Assembly (NCBI GenBank): GCA_965655095.1
Contig: OZ296650.1
Coordinates: forward strand, 118,606,001-118,670,000
DNA from: Haplodiscus bocki
Taxonomy: Eukaryota
DNA length: 64,000 bases
Direction of reading: 5' to 3'
The notes under the pieces are model-generated. The model worked only from the letters and a program-made list of their open reading frames with translations, made no database searches and was not told where the DNA came from. How positions within the stretch are numbered: position 1 is the stretch's first letter; the number at the start of each line of letters is the position of its first letter. The translations under genes were made by a program, and so were the position numbers. Shown piece after piece: positions 1-11,089 of this stretch.

Positions 1-1
1 A

Positions 2-245
2 TTGCTCCGTTGCTTTCCATTCATATCCATGCTCAAATCTGGTGACATAATATCTACTGGAAAATACATGAACTATCAGACATTTAGCAATCATCAGTTT
101 AGACGGTTGTTGAAGAACTCTTTTCACAGCACATATTGATTTGCGAGAAACGTCTGATGAGAAGATTCCTTTTGTCTCGGTGGAAATAACTCGACTTGTT
201 CTCATGTTTAGAAAAGTTTCTGACCTTCATTTGTATTACATTTAG
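2..245 (+). pseudogene. Polinton minor capsid (penton) protein, C-terminal fragment, frameshifted
   Basis: Translation from base 2: LLRCFPFISMLKSGDIISTGKYMNYQTFSNHQFRRLLKNSFHS, frameshift, HIDLRETSDEKIPFVSVEITRLVLMFRK; resembles the Polinton penton C-terminus (LLR...I.I.LRD..G..IPF.....L.FR). Confidence 0.7.
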
Positions 246-253
246 CGTGTAAA

Positions 254-606
254 ATGGTTGGATCAAACACTCTTGAACTTCCCTACTAAAAGGCATTGGA
301 CGTCAAAGAGGGCGTCGTGTTGGAGCTCTTGCGCAAGTTATTGGGAGAACCGCCTTCCTTTCTTCAGAAAGTATATCCTCCCAGCTGGAAAACGTGTGGG
401 TACTGATTTGTTGGAATTTGCAATGCCAGAGGTAGCCGATTTTGTTAGCGGAAAGTAAAATTTCTGAACTGCTGCCAAAAGTGTAGGAAGACAAACATTG
501 AGAAAGCAACTTGGAGATGGCAAGCAAAAAAAGCATTCCGGTCAAAATTTTGAAGCGAAGCAGTCGGTCACGCAGATACATTTTTACTAATATTGCAAAT
601 TTTTAA
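254..606 (+). pseudogene. Small basic Polinton core/virion protein between penton and major capsid, with stops and frameshifts
   Basis: Reconstructed GRQRGRRVGALAQVIGRT.LPFFRKYILPAGKRVGTDLLEFAMPEVADFVSGK*NF*TAAKSVGRQTLRKQLGDGKQKK; basic and amphipathic, located directly upstream of the major capsid gene. Confidence 0.6.
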
Positions 607-1965
607 TGACAGATCTAAATAATTTTCGGTACCAACTTTTTGTGGCAGTTTCTGGGAATCCTAGTGTGAAAGTGCCAGTTGTGTACGTTGTGTTGTCTTC
701 TCACGAACAAGAAGGAATAAATTATCCCACTACATCTCGTGATGAAAACAGCATTGAGTTTGAATTTCAAACAGATCGCAACATTTACGTGGATTTGCGA
801 CAAACATATCTTGCTCTAAAAATTAAACTAGTTAAAGGACGTCGTTTTGATACTTACAAAACAACAGAAGAAAAGGAGCAAAATAAAAACACTGTTTTTA
901 TTGAAACAGGCGACGATGACGTTAAGTTTATAGAAGACGAAAAGAGAGTGCCTCATATTACTCATGCAAACATTATTCAGCATTCCATTTTTTCTAATGC
1001 TGAATTGTACATTAACAACCACCAAATCTACAATTCGAACGGACTTTACGCTCACAAATCTCACATTTCTAACAATTTAAGAAGTACATTGACACATTAC
1101 AAAGGACTCTTGCATTGCGAATGGTATGACTATGAAGAAGATCCAGAGAATCTCCACGTAGCTCTGTTTTTCACTAGAAGAATGAAATTGTACAGTAGAC
1201 CTGACGACTTCAGGTTGTATGGTAAGCTAGGCATCAACTTTTTTACAACATCGGAATTCCTATATTCAAATATGAAAGTAAGTATCAGACTAATTCGAGC
1301 GCGACCAAAAATCTCCCTGATAAGCGAGAATCGCAATGTTAGCTTGGGTATTGTGGAGTGTTCTCTGTACACTCGCGCGTGATGCTCAAAGAAGACTATC
1401 ACAAAAATAGAATGTCTCCACTAGTTTATGCTCCAGTTGAGTACAACTACATGGAAACTTTGGCAAAGACTTTTATCATTTCTGCACGACAAAACCAATT
1501 CATTCAAAAATATATATTCAACAACGCACCTACTTGTCGAATAGACATTGCAATGAATTCAAACTCTGCCTTTACCGTCTCCTTTGCAGGGAACCCATTC
1601 TGGTATCAACAGTTTAATCTGAGAGATATTAGAATACTCAGAGAAGGAGAGCCATTTGTACAGCACGATACGACACATAATTGTCGCTTGTATGTCACAG
1701 CAATGAAAGCAAAGAACTTTCAAGACGTTATTCCATCAATTCTATTCGATAATTTCAAAGACCTCTTTACGTACTAGTGTTTGATCTGACTTCAATGCAA
1801 GATGTTTCTGAACACTGTCACTATCCGGAATTAATTGGAGAACCACTGAGATTGGAGCTATACTTTGTTTCACCTCTAGAAAATGTTACAGAAGTCATTG
1901 TGTTGGGTGAACGTATGTCTTCTGTTGTAGTCGACAATTTTGGTGTTGTGGGAAAGAATCTTTGA
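606..1965 (+). pseudogene. Polinton major capsid protein (double jelly-roll, hexon-like), two frameshifts (~1375, ~1775)
   Basis: ORFs 606-1382, 1358-1777 and 1777-1965 join into one protein with IEFEFQTDRNIYVDLRQTYLALKIKLVK, HSIFSNAELYINN, IAMNSNSAF..S...NPF.YQQF and FDLTS...LRLELYF..PL..VTEVIVLGE, typical of Polinton MCP. Confidence 0.85.
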
Positions 1966-1966
1966 G

Positions 1967-2368
1967 ATGGATAACACTTCCCTTAAACAAATTTTTAACC
2001 GTATACCTTTGCTCAAGTAGCGGTACATTGGATCAATTCCCTCAGATTCTTTTCCAAACCGTCCAAATGACACGTTTGCGATCATCAACACACAGCCTAG
2101 CAAGACGCCAGGAGAGCATTGGATAATGATTGCAATGTTTCATCATGAAGTGTATTTCGTCGATTTCCTTGGTCTATCCATCATCAACAATTACCCTTTT
2201 CTAACACAGAATTACAGCCAAATGGTTCGGACAAGACTGCAAGATCATCCCAGTGTATGCGGTTTCTACACAATTTATGCAGCATTTCATTTGTGCAAGT
2301 TTCAACAAGATGAGATAGTTGATGTTCATGATGTTAATGAACTCTCTTTTATAAGAAAGTTCATGTAA
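1967..2368 (+). pseudogene. Adenain-like (adenovirus-type) cysteine maturation protease, one in-frame TAG at 2018
   Basis: MDNTSLKQIF...AIINTQPSKTPGEHWIMI...YFVDFLG...RLQDHPSVCGFYTIY: His(W), Asp, Gln and Cys(G) catalytic pattern of Polinton proteases. Confidence 0.85.
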
Positions 2369-2759
2369 TTGTTCACCAAAGTACTGCAAATGTGCAATTT
2401 ATACAATGTATTTTTTCAAATTTATACATTCCGATTAACTTTTTGAAACTTTACCACAATCTTTTTACATATGTCAATCACAAAAAAAGATTTGGCGTCC
2501 GGCACTCCATCTGCGCAGTTTCGAATCCCCGCAGGAGACCTCATCTTTTCTACCCCTCCCCCCCACTTATGCTCACACTATACTATTTGGCGGAAAAATT
2601 ATCCGGCGGCTTAAAAAATAATATCGCGGCAGAATAATTATAAGATAGCGTCAGCGGAAGGGAGCCGTGGCGGTAGAGAGCGCGAGTGTACGGCAGGGAA
2701 GCAAGCGACGGAATAATTATGCGGCGGTGGGCGCGGGTGAGCCAAAAATGCGAAAAAAA

Positions 2760-3186
2760 ATCTCACAGTGCCGAAAATTGTCGAACAGTACCCTAGTCCA
2801 GATCTTAATACCTTGCGAGATATCCTCTGCCCAAAACCGAACGCTGTCGCCTATCTTAATACATTGCCGAATCTATACCCTATCCTATTACATTGACGAA
2901 CTCACCTCCAAAATAATACCCTATCTTAATACATTAATAAAAAAAGCCAAACTTAGCTCAAAACCAAATTCTTGTTGGCAGCCAATCAGAATCGAGCATG
3001 GAAAATCCTAAAACCTCGTCAGCCAATCAGAATCGAGTATCACAGTGCCGAAAAAACCCAAACGCCCTCGGCTAGGGTGGAGGGCCCTTCTCGGCTCCTG
3101 CCGAACCGAGTTGGCTCGCTATAGGCCATATTAAAACATAGAGGGTCCTCCACCCCCCAACTTGATCAGTTCACACTCTTACTACT
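2760..3186 (+). repeat. Polinton subterminal/TIR region with internal short repeats
   Basis: CAGCCAATCAGAATCGAG twice (~2979, ~3020; CCAAT box), CACAGTGCCGAAAA twice (~2764, ~3041), three (CC)TATCTTAATAC-like copies, ACTACT end. The partner TIR is outside the window, so the TIR start is not defined. Confidence 0.55.
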
Positions 3187-3399
3187 CCTGTGAAACACGT
3201 GGCCCCTAAATGCAAGATTTCATGACGGACTGACTCTGTGACCAAGAAGATATTAATTGAAGGAAAATAGATTAAAAAAAAACGTTCAAGTAAAACTGTT
3301 GCAACTTTGTAAGACGAGAACTGAGAAGTTAAGTCCCGAAGTGTTCAACTTTTATGTGATCTTGGCTCATCATGACATTGTCACTATCGCTGGCCGTAC

Positions 3400-4350
3400 C
3401 ACCACGTGCAAGTGCAAATTCAGAGCCCCATGATTACAGACAAATGTAAGAAAATGAAGGACCTTTCGGAAACATAGGTTTCAAACGGAAAACAGTTTGA
3501 AGATTTAGGACATGAAAAAGAACAGAAACATGGTTCTAGACCTTTCAAAAAAACCTAGTGGAACACAAGGACCCTAAAAGCATCAATTGATCTTGGCCCT
3601 CGTAAACAGTATGAAATAGACTAAACAGAGCTGGGAAAAAATAAGTCAGATCAAAACTGCTGGAGCTTTGCAAAACCAGAATCAATAAGTGAAATCTTGA
3701 CATGCTCAAATTTTACGAAGTCTCGGCCGGCCCTGATATGGTCAATGACACTGACAGGTCTACCACGTGTTGGAACAATTTTAAAGCTCCACTTTTCCAA
3801 AGGAAAATACAAAAAAATGAAGGTCGTTCCGAAAACATGAGTTTCACCTATTAACCGTTTGAATAATTCAGTCCAAAAACTCAAAACTTGCACGTTTGGC
3901 ATTAGAGATTAAAACATAGAAATCAGAAAACTATAAGGCAAGAGCTGTAGCCGGTAGTTCTCCCACACTTTCGAGGAAAAATGCCCTTAAAGCCTCCTAA
4001 TCCTTTGTCAAAAAATGATTGAGCTTGAGTTTCTCATTCTTCATGGAGTGAGCAATTCAGATTTTTCGTAGATGTTTTTTTTCTAGTTTAACAGCGTTAA
4101 CGGCGTTCAACCGGAACGCTAAAGGCGTTAACGGCGTTTTGCTTGTAAGTTACCGGCGTTTACGCTAATATACCGGAAAAATAGCGGCGTTTTCTCAAAA
4201 AAGTTCAACCAGGGCAGGACCCATCTTCTTTACCTAATTGACTCTGCCGAATTTTTTGAACAACTAAAGTAAGACTGTTTCCAAGTCTTTGTCATGCTCT
4301 TTTATGACAAATTGCTGAATAAAATCATTAACATTAGAACGCAGACGAGC
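3400..4350 (+). mobile_element. Very old LINE (CR1/L2-like) reverse transcriptase relic
   Basis: Scattered residual motifs across frames: SAGPD, KGK...K..SPI..LN, and D..QVF....DKLLNKI resembling RT domains 0-3. Weak. Confidence 0.3.
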
Positions 4351-5528
4351 TCTACGCCATTATTTTTACTTTCACAACCTTGCTTAGCAAATAAAGTTGA
4401 TTTTTGAAGTGATAACGAGAAAAATTGAATTTGCATTCGAGAGCAAGGTCAAACAACCTTTAAAAAAATCATGAAACAGGAAGTTTTTTTCAAACAGTAG
4501 AAAAAATTTTCGAAACGAACCATGAATTGAAGTAGAAGACTTCCGAAAAGACCCAGCCAAAAGGCCTCACATTTTTGCAAAACTTAAGCCCAATTCAACC
4601 TCGTACAATCAGTAATAAAAAACTGCATACTTTTCCCTGAAATTTCTCTTTTAACATCGCGGGACTTTCCGAAATTTAATTCGTGCAGCAAATGCAATCC
4701 TTTCTGTTGACTAAATCCGTAAGCTCGAAAAACATGCACGTGACTTGGAACCCGTTTACAAGGTTACAACAACAAGAGCGAACCGATCGTGTGACATTCT
4801 GCACAGTTTGTAGAATTTTCGAACTCTAAAAGCTACAAATCTTTTAAGCAATCTTTCATGACAAAATAACAAGTTTAATTCGTGATATCTCATCACACAC
4901 TAAACTCCCATTAGACATTACGAAAGTAGGAAAGACTTTCAGCAATTTTCTTATCGACTTGACAACTAAATTTTACTATTGTGTAAGTCCATTTTCTATG
5001 GAGAACCTCACCGTTGAACGTATCACCACCACCAATGCTCCGAATCAATTTTTCTGTTGAGCGTTTACTCCAAAAGCGATTTCATTTTCTGTTCATAATG
5101 GTTTGGATCAAGAAACCAACCAGCAAGTCTAGGAGCAAATCGAGTGGTTCCCGTTTAAATTTCGCAGAGCCTGCACCGCATTTGGTCAGCGAACTTCAAT
5201 TGACAGAGAAGTGCCAATTCCTCATCCATCCAATGGATGTTCAATTGAACACTTTGTTTATATGCTTCGATTTGACTTATGCTAGTAATTGCCTTTGTCC
5301 GAAATTATGTAAAAACTGCATCCAAAACTCTTTTAAATCACATTGTCTTTTCTTGATCACCCCATTAACTTTTGTCACTGACCAAAATTGTGAATCTTTC
5401 CATACTAGAATCTTTAGGTTATGTACACGCTTCGACAATCGAGACTCTGTTCTTTCCCCTCAGTTCCTCTGGACACAAAGACTAGTCAAATTTCAAAACC
5501 CACATCTTATTGCTCATATTAAAATTTC

Positions 5529-5657
5529 TGTTTATGGTATAAAACTGGGTAGATAAAATACGTCAATTCAGCTGAATATAGTAAGACCCCACACAACGAT
5601 CGTTCATTAATCTAGAATACCAGTTACAAATTACAACACTAATTAATCAATGAAACA
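5529..5657 (-). repeat. 3' LTR of the copia element
   Basis: TGTTTATGG...ATGAAACA; 9 mismatches to the other LTR by manual alignment; polypurine tract AAAAGACAGAGGGAA (minus strand, 5658-5672) adjacent. Confidence 0.93.
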
Positions 5658-6048
5658 TTCCTCTGTCTTTATTAAAAAGGCAAACACCAAATGAGAAGCG
5701 ACGCGCGATGTAACTATGCAGCGCGAAATGAATATATTAACAGTGGGTTGGTGCTATAGCTGCACGCAGTAACAACTGTACAGCGAATTGAATATATTAT
5801 CAGCGGCTAATTGAGAGCTCATGCATATATTATCAGAGTAGATACATGTACATGCGAAATGAATATAATAACAGCCTGTAAACATGTGTTTAATTCAACA
5901 ACATAACAACAAATACATGGATAAAATAACACATTACGGCACAAGAGCAGCAAAATTAAAGGTGATTTAATTAATAGGTCAAAGAAGGATATTTACGTAC
6001 AGCACGTTAATTAGGGTGAACTATAGGTTACTTTTGAGCGGGAAAATG

Positions 6049-9000
6049 TTATATTGGCAGCGGAAAATCAATTTTTCCATTCTCCAGTGTCTTTTGTAGG
6101 ATATTTTCCGAATAATTCTGCTTTGTGAGACAATTTGCGAGTTGATAACCGGTGGGAATCCACAAAATGCTTTCGATTTCGCCCTTTTCCAAGGATTCAG
6201 CGATAGAGGCGACATCTATACGTAAACTCTTCTCAAATACCGGTTTCGTGGAACCAACAGCGCTGATCAAAGACTAGTTGTCGCTGTAGTAAATTATGGG
6301 AAGCAAAATTCCGGTAATTTCCTGAATCTGAGCGCGAATAAAAATAGCAGAATCGATAGCTGTGACTAGCGCCAGGGTTTCTGCTGCTAGGGTCTATGAA
6401 CTACCCGGTTTAATCGCTTGAACTGCCAGTTTAAAGGACAAATTCGGTCGTTTTTGTCCGCCAGTAGCAACAAATACCCCGCCTGAGTATGACAGATGGT
6501 TGAATTTGCAAATGAAGCATCTACAAACTCTAAAATTCGCCACGAATTCATGTCTTCAAGTTTTGTGAACGTAATTTTCTGACTTTTAGAGTATTTCAAG
6601 CGTCGAATCACCTTGTTCACGACACTTTGACACGTGTCAGGGGAAGTCTTGAATTGGACACGAATGCTATGGAGGTCGAAACAGATATCGGGTCGGGTTT
6701 GCCCAGAAACCCATTCAAGTTTTCCGAGGATAGCTCTCGCCGAATTTTCATCATGAATGGCGCTCGATTCTTCAAGATCCTCAATATACGTTTCCTGTCA
6801 TAGCTCCAAAACCCCAGATTCCAATTGTTTCATGAAAAAACCCAAATGCTGAAAGCCTATGACTTCTTCACGTCCAATGACAAATGCCTATTTAATGGGC
6901 TTCTTTTCTTCCTTAGGGAATTCCGAAGTACCGCCATACAAAATATCATCCACATGAATGCAGATCGCCCCACCAATGCCAAATTCACCTCTGTAGAAAA
7001 AAACGCCTTGTTCAGTTTGCTTTGTCGCTTTTTTTGATTAACAAAGAAGCCAACAGTTTTTTCAGACCAACTTCGGACTGCATCACCAAGTCCATACACG
7101 CATTTATTCAGTTTCCAGAGTTTGAGGGTGTCTGCCTCCTTCGGAGGTTTTAAGAACACGTCAGGGCTAATCTTTTCACCTTGCAAAAACGCAGTTTTAA
7201 CATCAAGACTGCATAGTGTCGTTGAAATGAGCCCTCAGGGTCAGAAAAACACGACGGAGCTCCCTAGAACATGTACGAGAGTCCACAGAGAGTCGAGATG
7301 TGTCCTCTTGGAATCCTTGGGCTACAAGTCTTGCGTTGCGAATTCCGTCGTCTTTAACCGTTAATACCCATCGTACTGACACGAGCTGTTGACCCGTAAA
7401 ATCAACTTCTTCAAAAACACAATTTTCACGCCAATTAAATACTTCTAGTCGTTTCGCTTCTGAAAATTCATCGACAGATGGTACGTGAACCGTTTCGTAG
7501 TCAGTGCCATTCTGTTGATCGGGTACATATCGCCACGATCTTATGTCCGTTCTCCAAATATAAGACCCTGCCTTACCTGCTACAGTGTCAGGAGCTTCGT
7601 GCTGAACGTTAACTCAATCTTTGTGTTTTCCCGTGCTCTTTCCGGCCATTCCAAGAATTCGGCCATAATGTGATGTAGAAGTTTCACCATTTTCCAATTC
7701 GAAGACTACACAATCCCCTTTTTTCGGGTTGACTGATCCGGGCCTGGAATTACCATTTTTGCCAATATCATCGCAGATAGCATCTGTAACTTCAGATAGC
7801 AGCTGGAATTCAGAATAACGCCAGTATCGCAACTTTCAGAGGTTACGCCACCGGACGCGTTACTGACAAGTGGAGCAGAGTGCTGATCATGATCAGTTTA
7901 GCTTGGTGGTATATTCCAGGTCTCACTTTCAGTGCTGAAATGTTTCTCATTACTGACTAATTTCTCAGAATTTACTGTAACTTCGTTTTCACCTTCAGCC
8001 TTTTCCTCGTTAGCTCCGTTAATTCTTGACTCTCTAAATGCATGAACTGTAATTATTTGCCCTCCTTCTTTTATGATTAGTTCCTGACCCTCATAAAGAA
8101 TAACACGTCCAGGACCTTGCCACGGTCCGCTTTGCTGGCGCTTGTAAAAAACACTTTCACCTGGCATGAAGGGCGCATCAGAATAACGAACTTTTCCCAG
8201 TAGAGCTCTTGGAATACGTTCGGAGCACTCTGCCCTTATGAAGCCAGATCGGGATGCATCTAACAATTTGAAATGATCCGCGACTAAACACTCGAAAATG
8301 AAGTTGTTTCAAGAGCTGGAATATTGTCTTTCAGAACAGACGGGAGACGAGGATTGTGGCCAATTACTAATTCATACGGAGTGAATCCAAGATGGCTTTC
8401 TAGACAGTGTTTAGCAAAAATGACGTGTTTTAGCGCCAAATCCAGTGCCATATTCGGATTTTGAGCCATAGTTTTATCAAGCATCTCCGAAATAACTCCA
8501 TAATGCCTTTCGCACAGCCCGTTGCTCCAGGGGCCATACGGAGTCGTAGGGAAAATACGAAAACCATGTCGCTGGCACAGCTTTCTCAATACTCCATTAT
8601 TGAACTCTCTTCCGTTATGAAAATGAATTCCTTGAGGTGAGCCAGATCGTAATATCCAATATTTCTCGAGTGAAGAAATAATATTCTCATATGATTTGGG
8701 GTCAAAAATACCAGCCTCGCTAAGCCTTGAGAATTCATGATTTATATGCAGAAACCACAAATTTTCCTTGAACGATAGCTGATGAAGGTCCATAGCAGCG
8801 ACGTCGTTGAACTTGTGGACAAGTGGTAACACAATTTTCGGACGTGGCCTGTTTCGGGATTTTGATACATATCTTACACTTCTTGAACATTTCCTGTAGT
8901 CTATGAGCGAGCGATCCACACTCATCCAGCATTCTTTAGGAGAGTCAGTAGCTTCTCTAATGAACAATGCGCAAACTGAATGTGCAACTTCTCTAGGTTC

Positions 9001-10207
9001 ATCTCAGTCAATTCGGTGCTCTCCAGGGCGAGAATGCTTTCTTCACATTCTGTCTGCTCTGACCATTTCCCTCGTTCTGTAAACCTAAGATCCAGCGCGT
9101 AATGACCAGTTTTCGTGACTAGCATCTCATTTGGAGTTTTCTGGTCAGAAACAGTAACTGCATCGTTAATGGTGTCAATAACAGCTTTCATACTTTTCAT
9201 GGCACTTTTGCTAAATAAAAGCGGAAGGTTCCCGTCAATGACATCAACTTTTATAAAACATCTAATAGTGCATATTTCAACAAGCAATCGACCCTTGTAT
9301 TTCGACCATGATGGTTTTCCATCTCCAAACACAAATTTCGTTTGGTTATCGATTTTCTTAACCATTTTTCTTGCAGTCTCAGGAAGCGATCCAAAATCTG
9401 CTAATCCATGGATCACCACATACGCTCGAAGTACATGCGATGTCCAGAATTCCGCGTTTCTTTGTGAAGGCATCGACATCAGATCTGTTATAGAGTACAA
9501 CAGCGCTCTTATTGCACCCTGCTTCCACAATATCGACACTTTCCACGACTTCCACAGTTTCCCCGCCATTTGTGTCTCGATCAGGGCAATTGCGGCACCA
9601 ATGATTCACTGAACCGCAAAACGAACATCTCGTGATTCGGCCATCTTTGCCGAGAGGATTACGTCCTTGCTGCTTGGGTTCTTTTGAATACGGCCTATCC
9701 CGCTGATCCGCATTCTTCTGATAAAAACCTTTGGGTTTTTGTCTTGCAGATGTTAAAAACACAGGTTCTACCTTGATCTCCGAAGAATTTGTTCCAACAA
9801 CCTGGCGTTCGCAATCACCAAATATACGTCTCATTGGTGATTTCGTCGATTCTTACTTTGGCTCCTGAGACGCCGTGAGTGCCATTTGTCGTTCCCGTGT
9901 ATCAAGAGCGGCATTTCTGAGTAATTTATAAACAAGAATCGCATCTGGAAGCTCCATTTAGTGAGTGTTTGCCTTCTCATACAGCCGTTCGATTTCCAAT
10001 ATGTAAGCAGTAATGGATATACCTTCTCTCCGGACAAAAATTTCGAAGTTCTTATATGCTTCGTAAGCACAATCCACTTGTCCCGCTTTAAACTCTTGTC
10101 CAGTTTTTCAAAAAGCTTGTCTATTCCATTATCATCATGCAGTTCGTCTGCAGGTATAGAGAGATTAATCTGCCTGGCCCTGCCAGTAAGTCGCAGCGCA
10201 ATTGTAG
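6049..10207 (-). pseudogene. Copia gag-pol (gag body, zinc knuckle, protease, integrase, RT, RNase H), multiple frameshifts and stops
   Basis: Minus-strand ORFs 9379-9834 (CCHC knuckle, protease), 8922-9569 (KLHIQFAH), 8284-8967 (integrase core AMDLH...HNGREFNN...SNGLCER), 7898-8266 (WQGPGRV), 6857-7186 (RT, LNKCVYGL), 6387-6620 and 6049-6270 (RNase H, DASFAN). Confidence 0.9.
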
Positions 10208-10321
10208 GTAGCCTAATTGTTGTGATAAACTTATTAAATAGATAAATTGCGCGCTAGAGCCTGGACTTATTCTTCTATCCCAAGTCCCGTCGCTCTAGCC
10301 GTAGACGGGTGAAGTCTGCTT

Positions 10322-10933
10322 ATGGTGTTTAGACTGATTGGTGCCAGCTCTTTGAGAAACTGCAAGACAGCTTTTTGATCAGAGACTCTTTTCAGTCGCA
10401 TCGACGCCGAGGGAGGCCTTTCCTTCAACCCTCGAAGCAAGTGCAAAGTTGCCCAAGAGTGGCTCCAAGGAGAACTTACTGGAGCAAGTGGATTGGTTAT
10501 CTGGCACGACGCTGTCAATAATACAAACAACAGCCACGAAAAAAACGACTTCCAACCGTGTCCCATTGTAGAGTTTATCCAAACCTTAATATCGCTGAGA
10601 TCACGCATCACAGCAATAGTTTACATACAACGAAACGACACTGATAACGTGTTGACAGCACTCAAAGAAACCGGCATTGACATCATCGACATCGAATCGA
10701 AGGTTGACTTGACGGACAAAGAATTCGAATCTGACCTCCGAAAAGTCCATCCAAAAGTTACAACGGAATTGAAGGTATTGCAAGCCGTTACAGACCATAT
10801 TAAAGAAGTGCTAACATCCAACATCACAGTTGCCCAACAGGTGAAGAAGAAAAAGAACAACCGGCCAAATCAGCGACAGCGACAACGCTTCCAGAAAAGA
10901 AACGCAGGTAGTCCTCTAATTCGAGCTCTCTGA
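10322..10933 (+). pseudogene. LINE ORF0: SGNH/GDSL-hydrolase-like protein (~203 codons, one in-frame TGA at 10376)
   Basis: In frame with track ORF 10493-10933: MVFRLIGASSLR (block I G-x-S), AEGGLSF (block II), LVIWHDAVNNT (block III), DLRKVHP (block V His), basic C-tail. Confidence 0.6.
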
Positions 10934-10937
10934 TCTC

Positions 10938-11054
10938 CTCAGTGCCTCGAGAGAAGGATCTCTGTTGGCGCGAGCTTGCTCAATGCCTCGGGTCTGATCT
11001 CTGTTGGCGCGAGCTTGCTCAGTGCCTCGGGTTCCTGATCTCTGTTGGCGCGAG
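10938..11054 (+). repeat. Tandem 39-41 bp repeats between LINE ORF0 and ORF1
   Basis: GATCTCTGTTGGCGCGAG at 10957, 10996 and 11037, with CTTGCTCA(A/G)TGCCTCGGG spacers. Confidence 0.9.
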
Positions 11055-11089
11055 AAGAATCTCCTCGCAATTCTGACCTCCGCCATAAT

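Larger units (their letters stand above)
1..3186 (+). mobile_element. Polinton/Maverick (adintovirus-like) element, right-hand part, decayed; continues beyond the left window edge
   Basis: Collinear penton, basic core protein, major capsid and adenain-protease pseudogenes, then a GC-richer repetitive terminal region ending ...CACACTCTTACTACT at 3186 (reverse complement AGTAGT..., the typical Polinton terminus). Confidence 0.9.

Noticed and set aside
5014-5556. 180-aa ORF as a host gene
   Set aside because: No recognisable motif, TTG start, runs into the LTR, composition like non-coding DNA.
10251-10320. Canonical HDV-like or hammerhead ribozyme at the LINE 5' end
   Set aside because: No GG after the P1 3' strand, no clean P3/L3, and no CUGANGA/GAAA cores; kept only as an unclassified structure.
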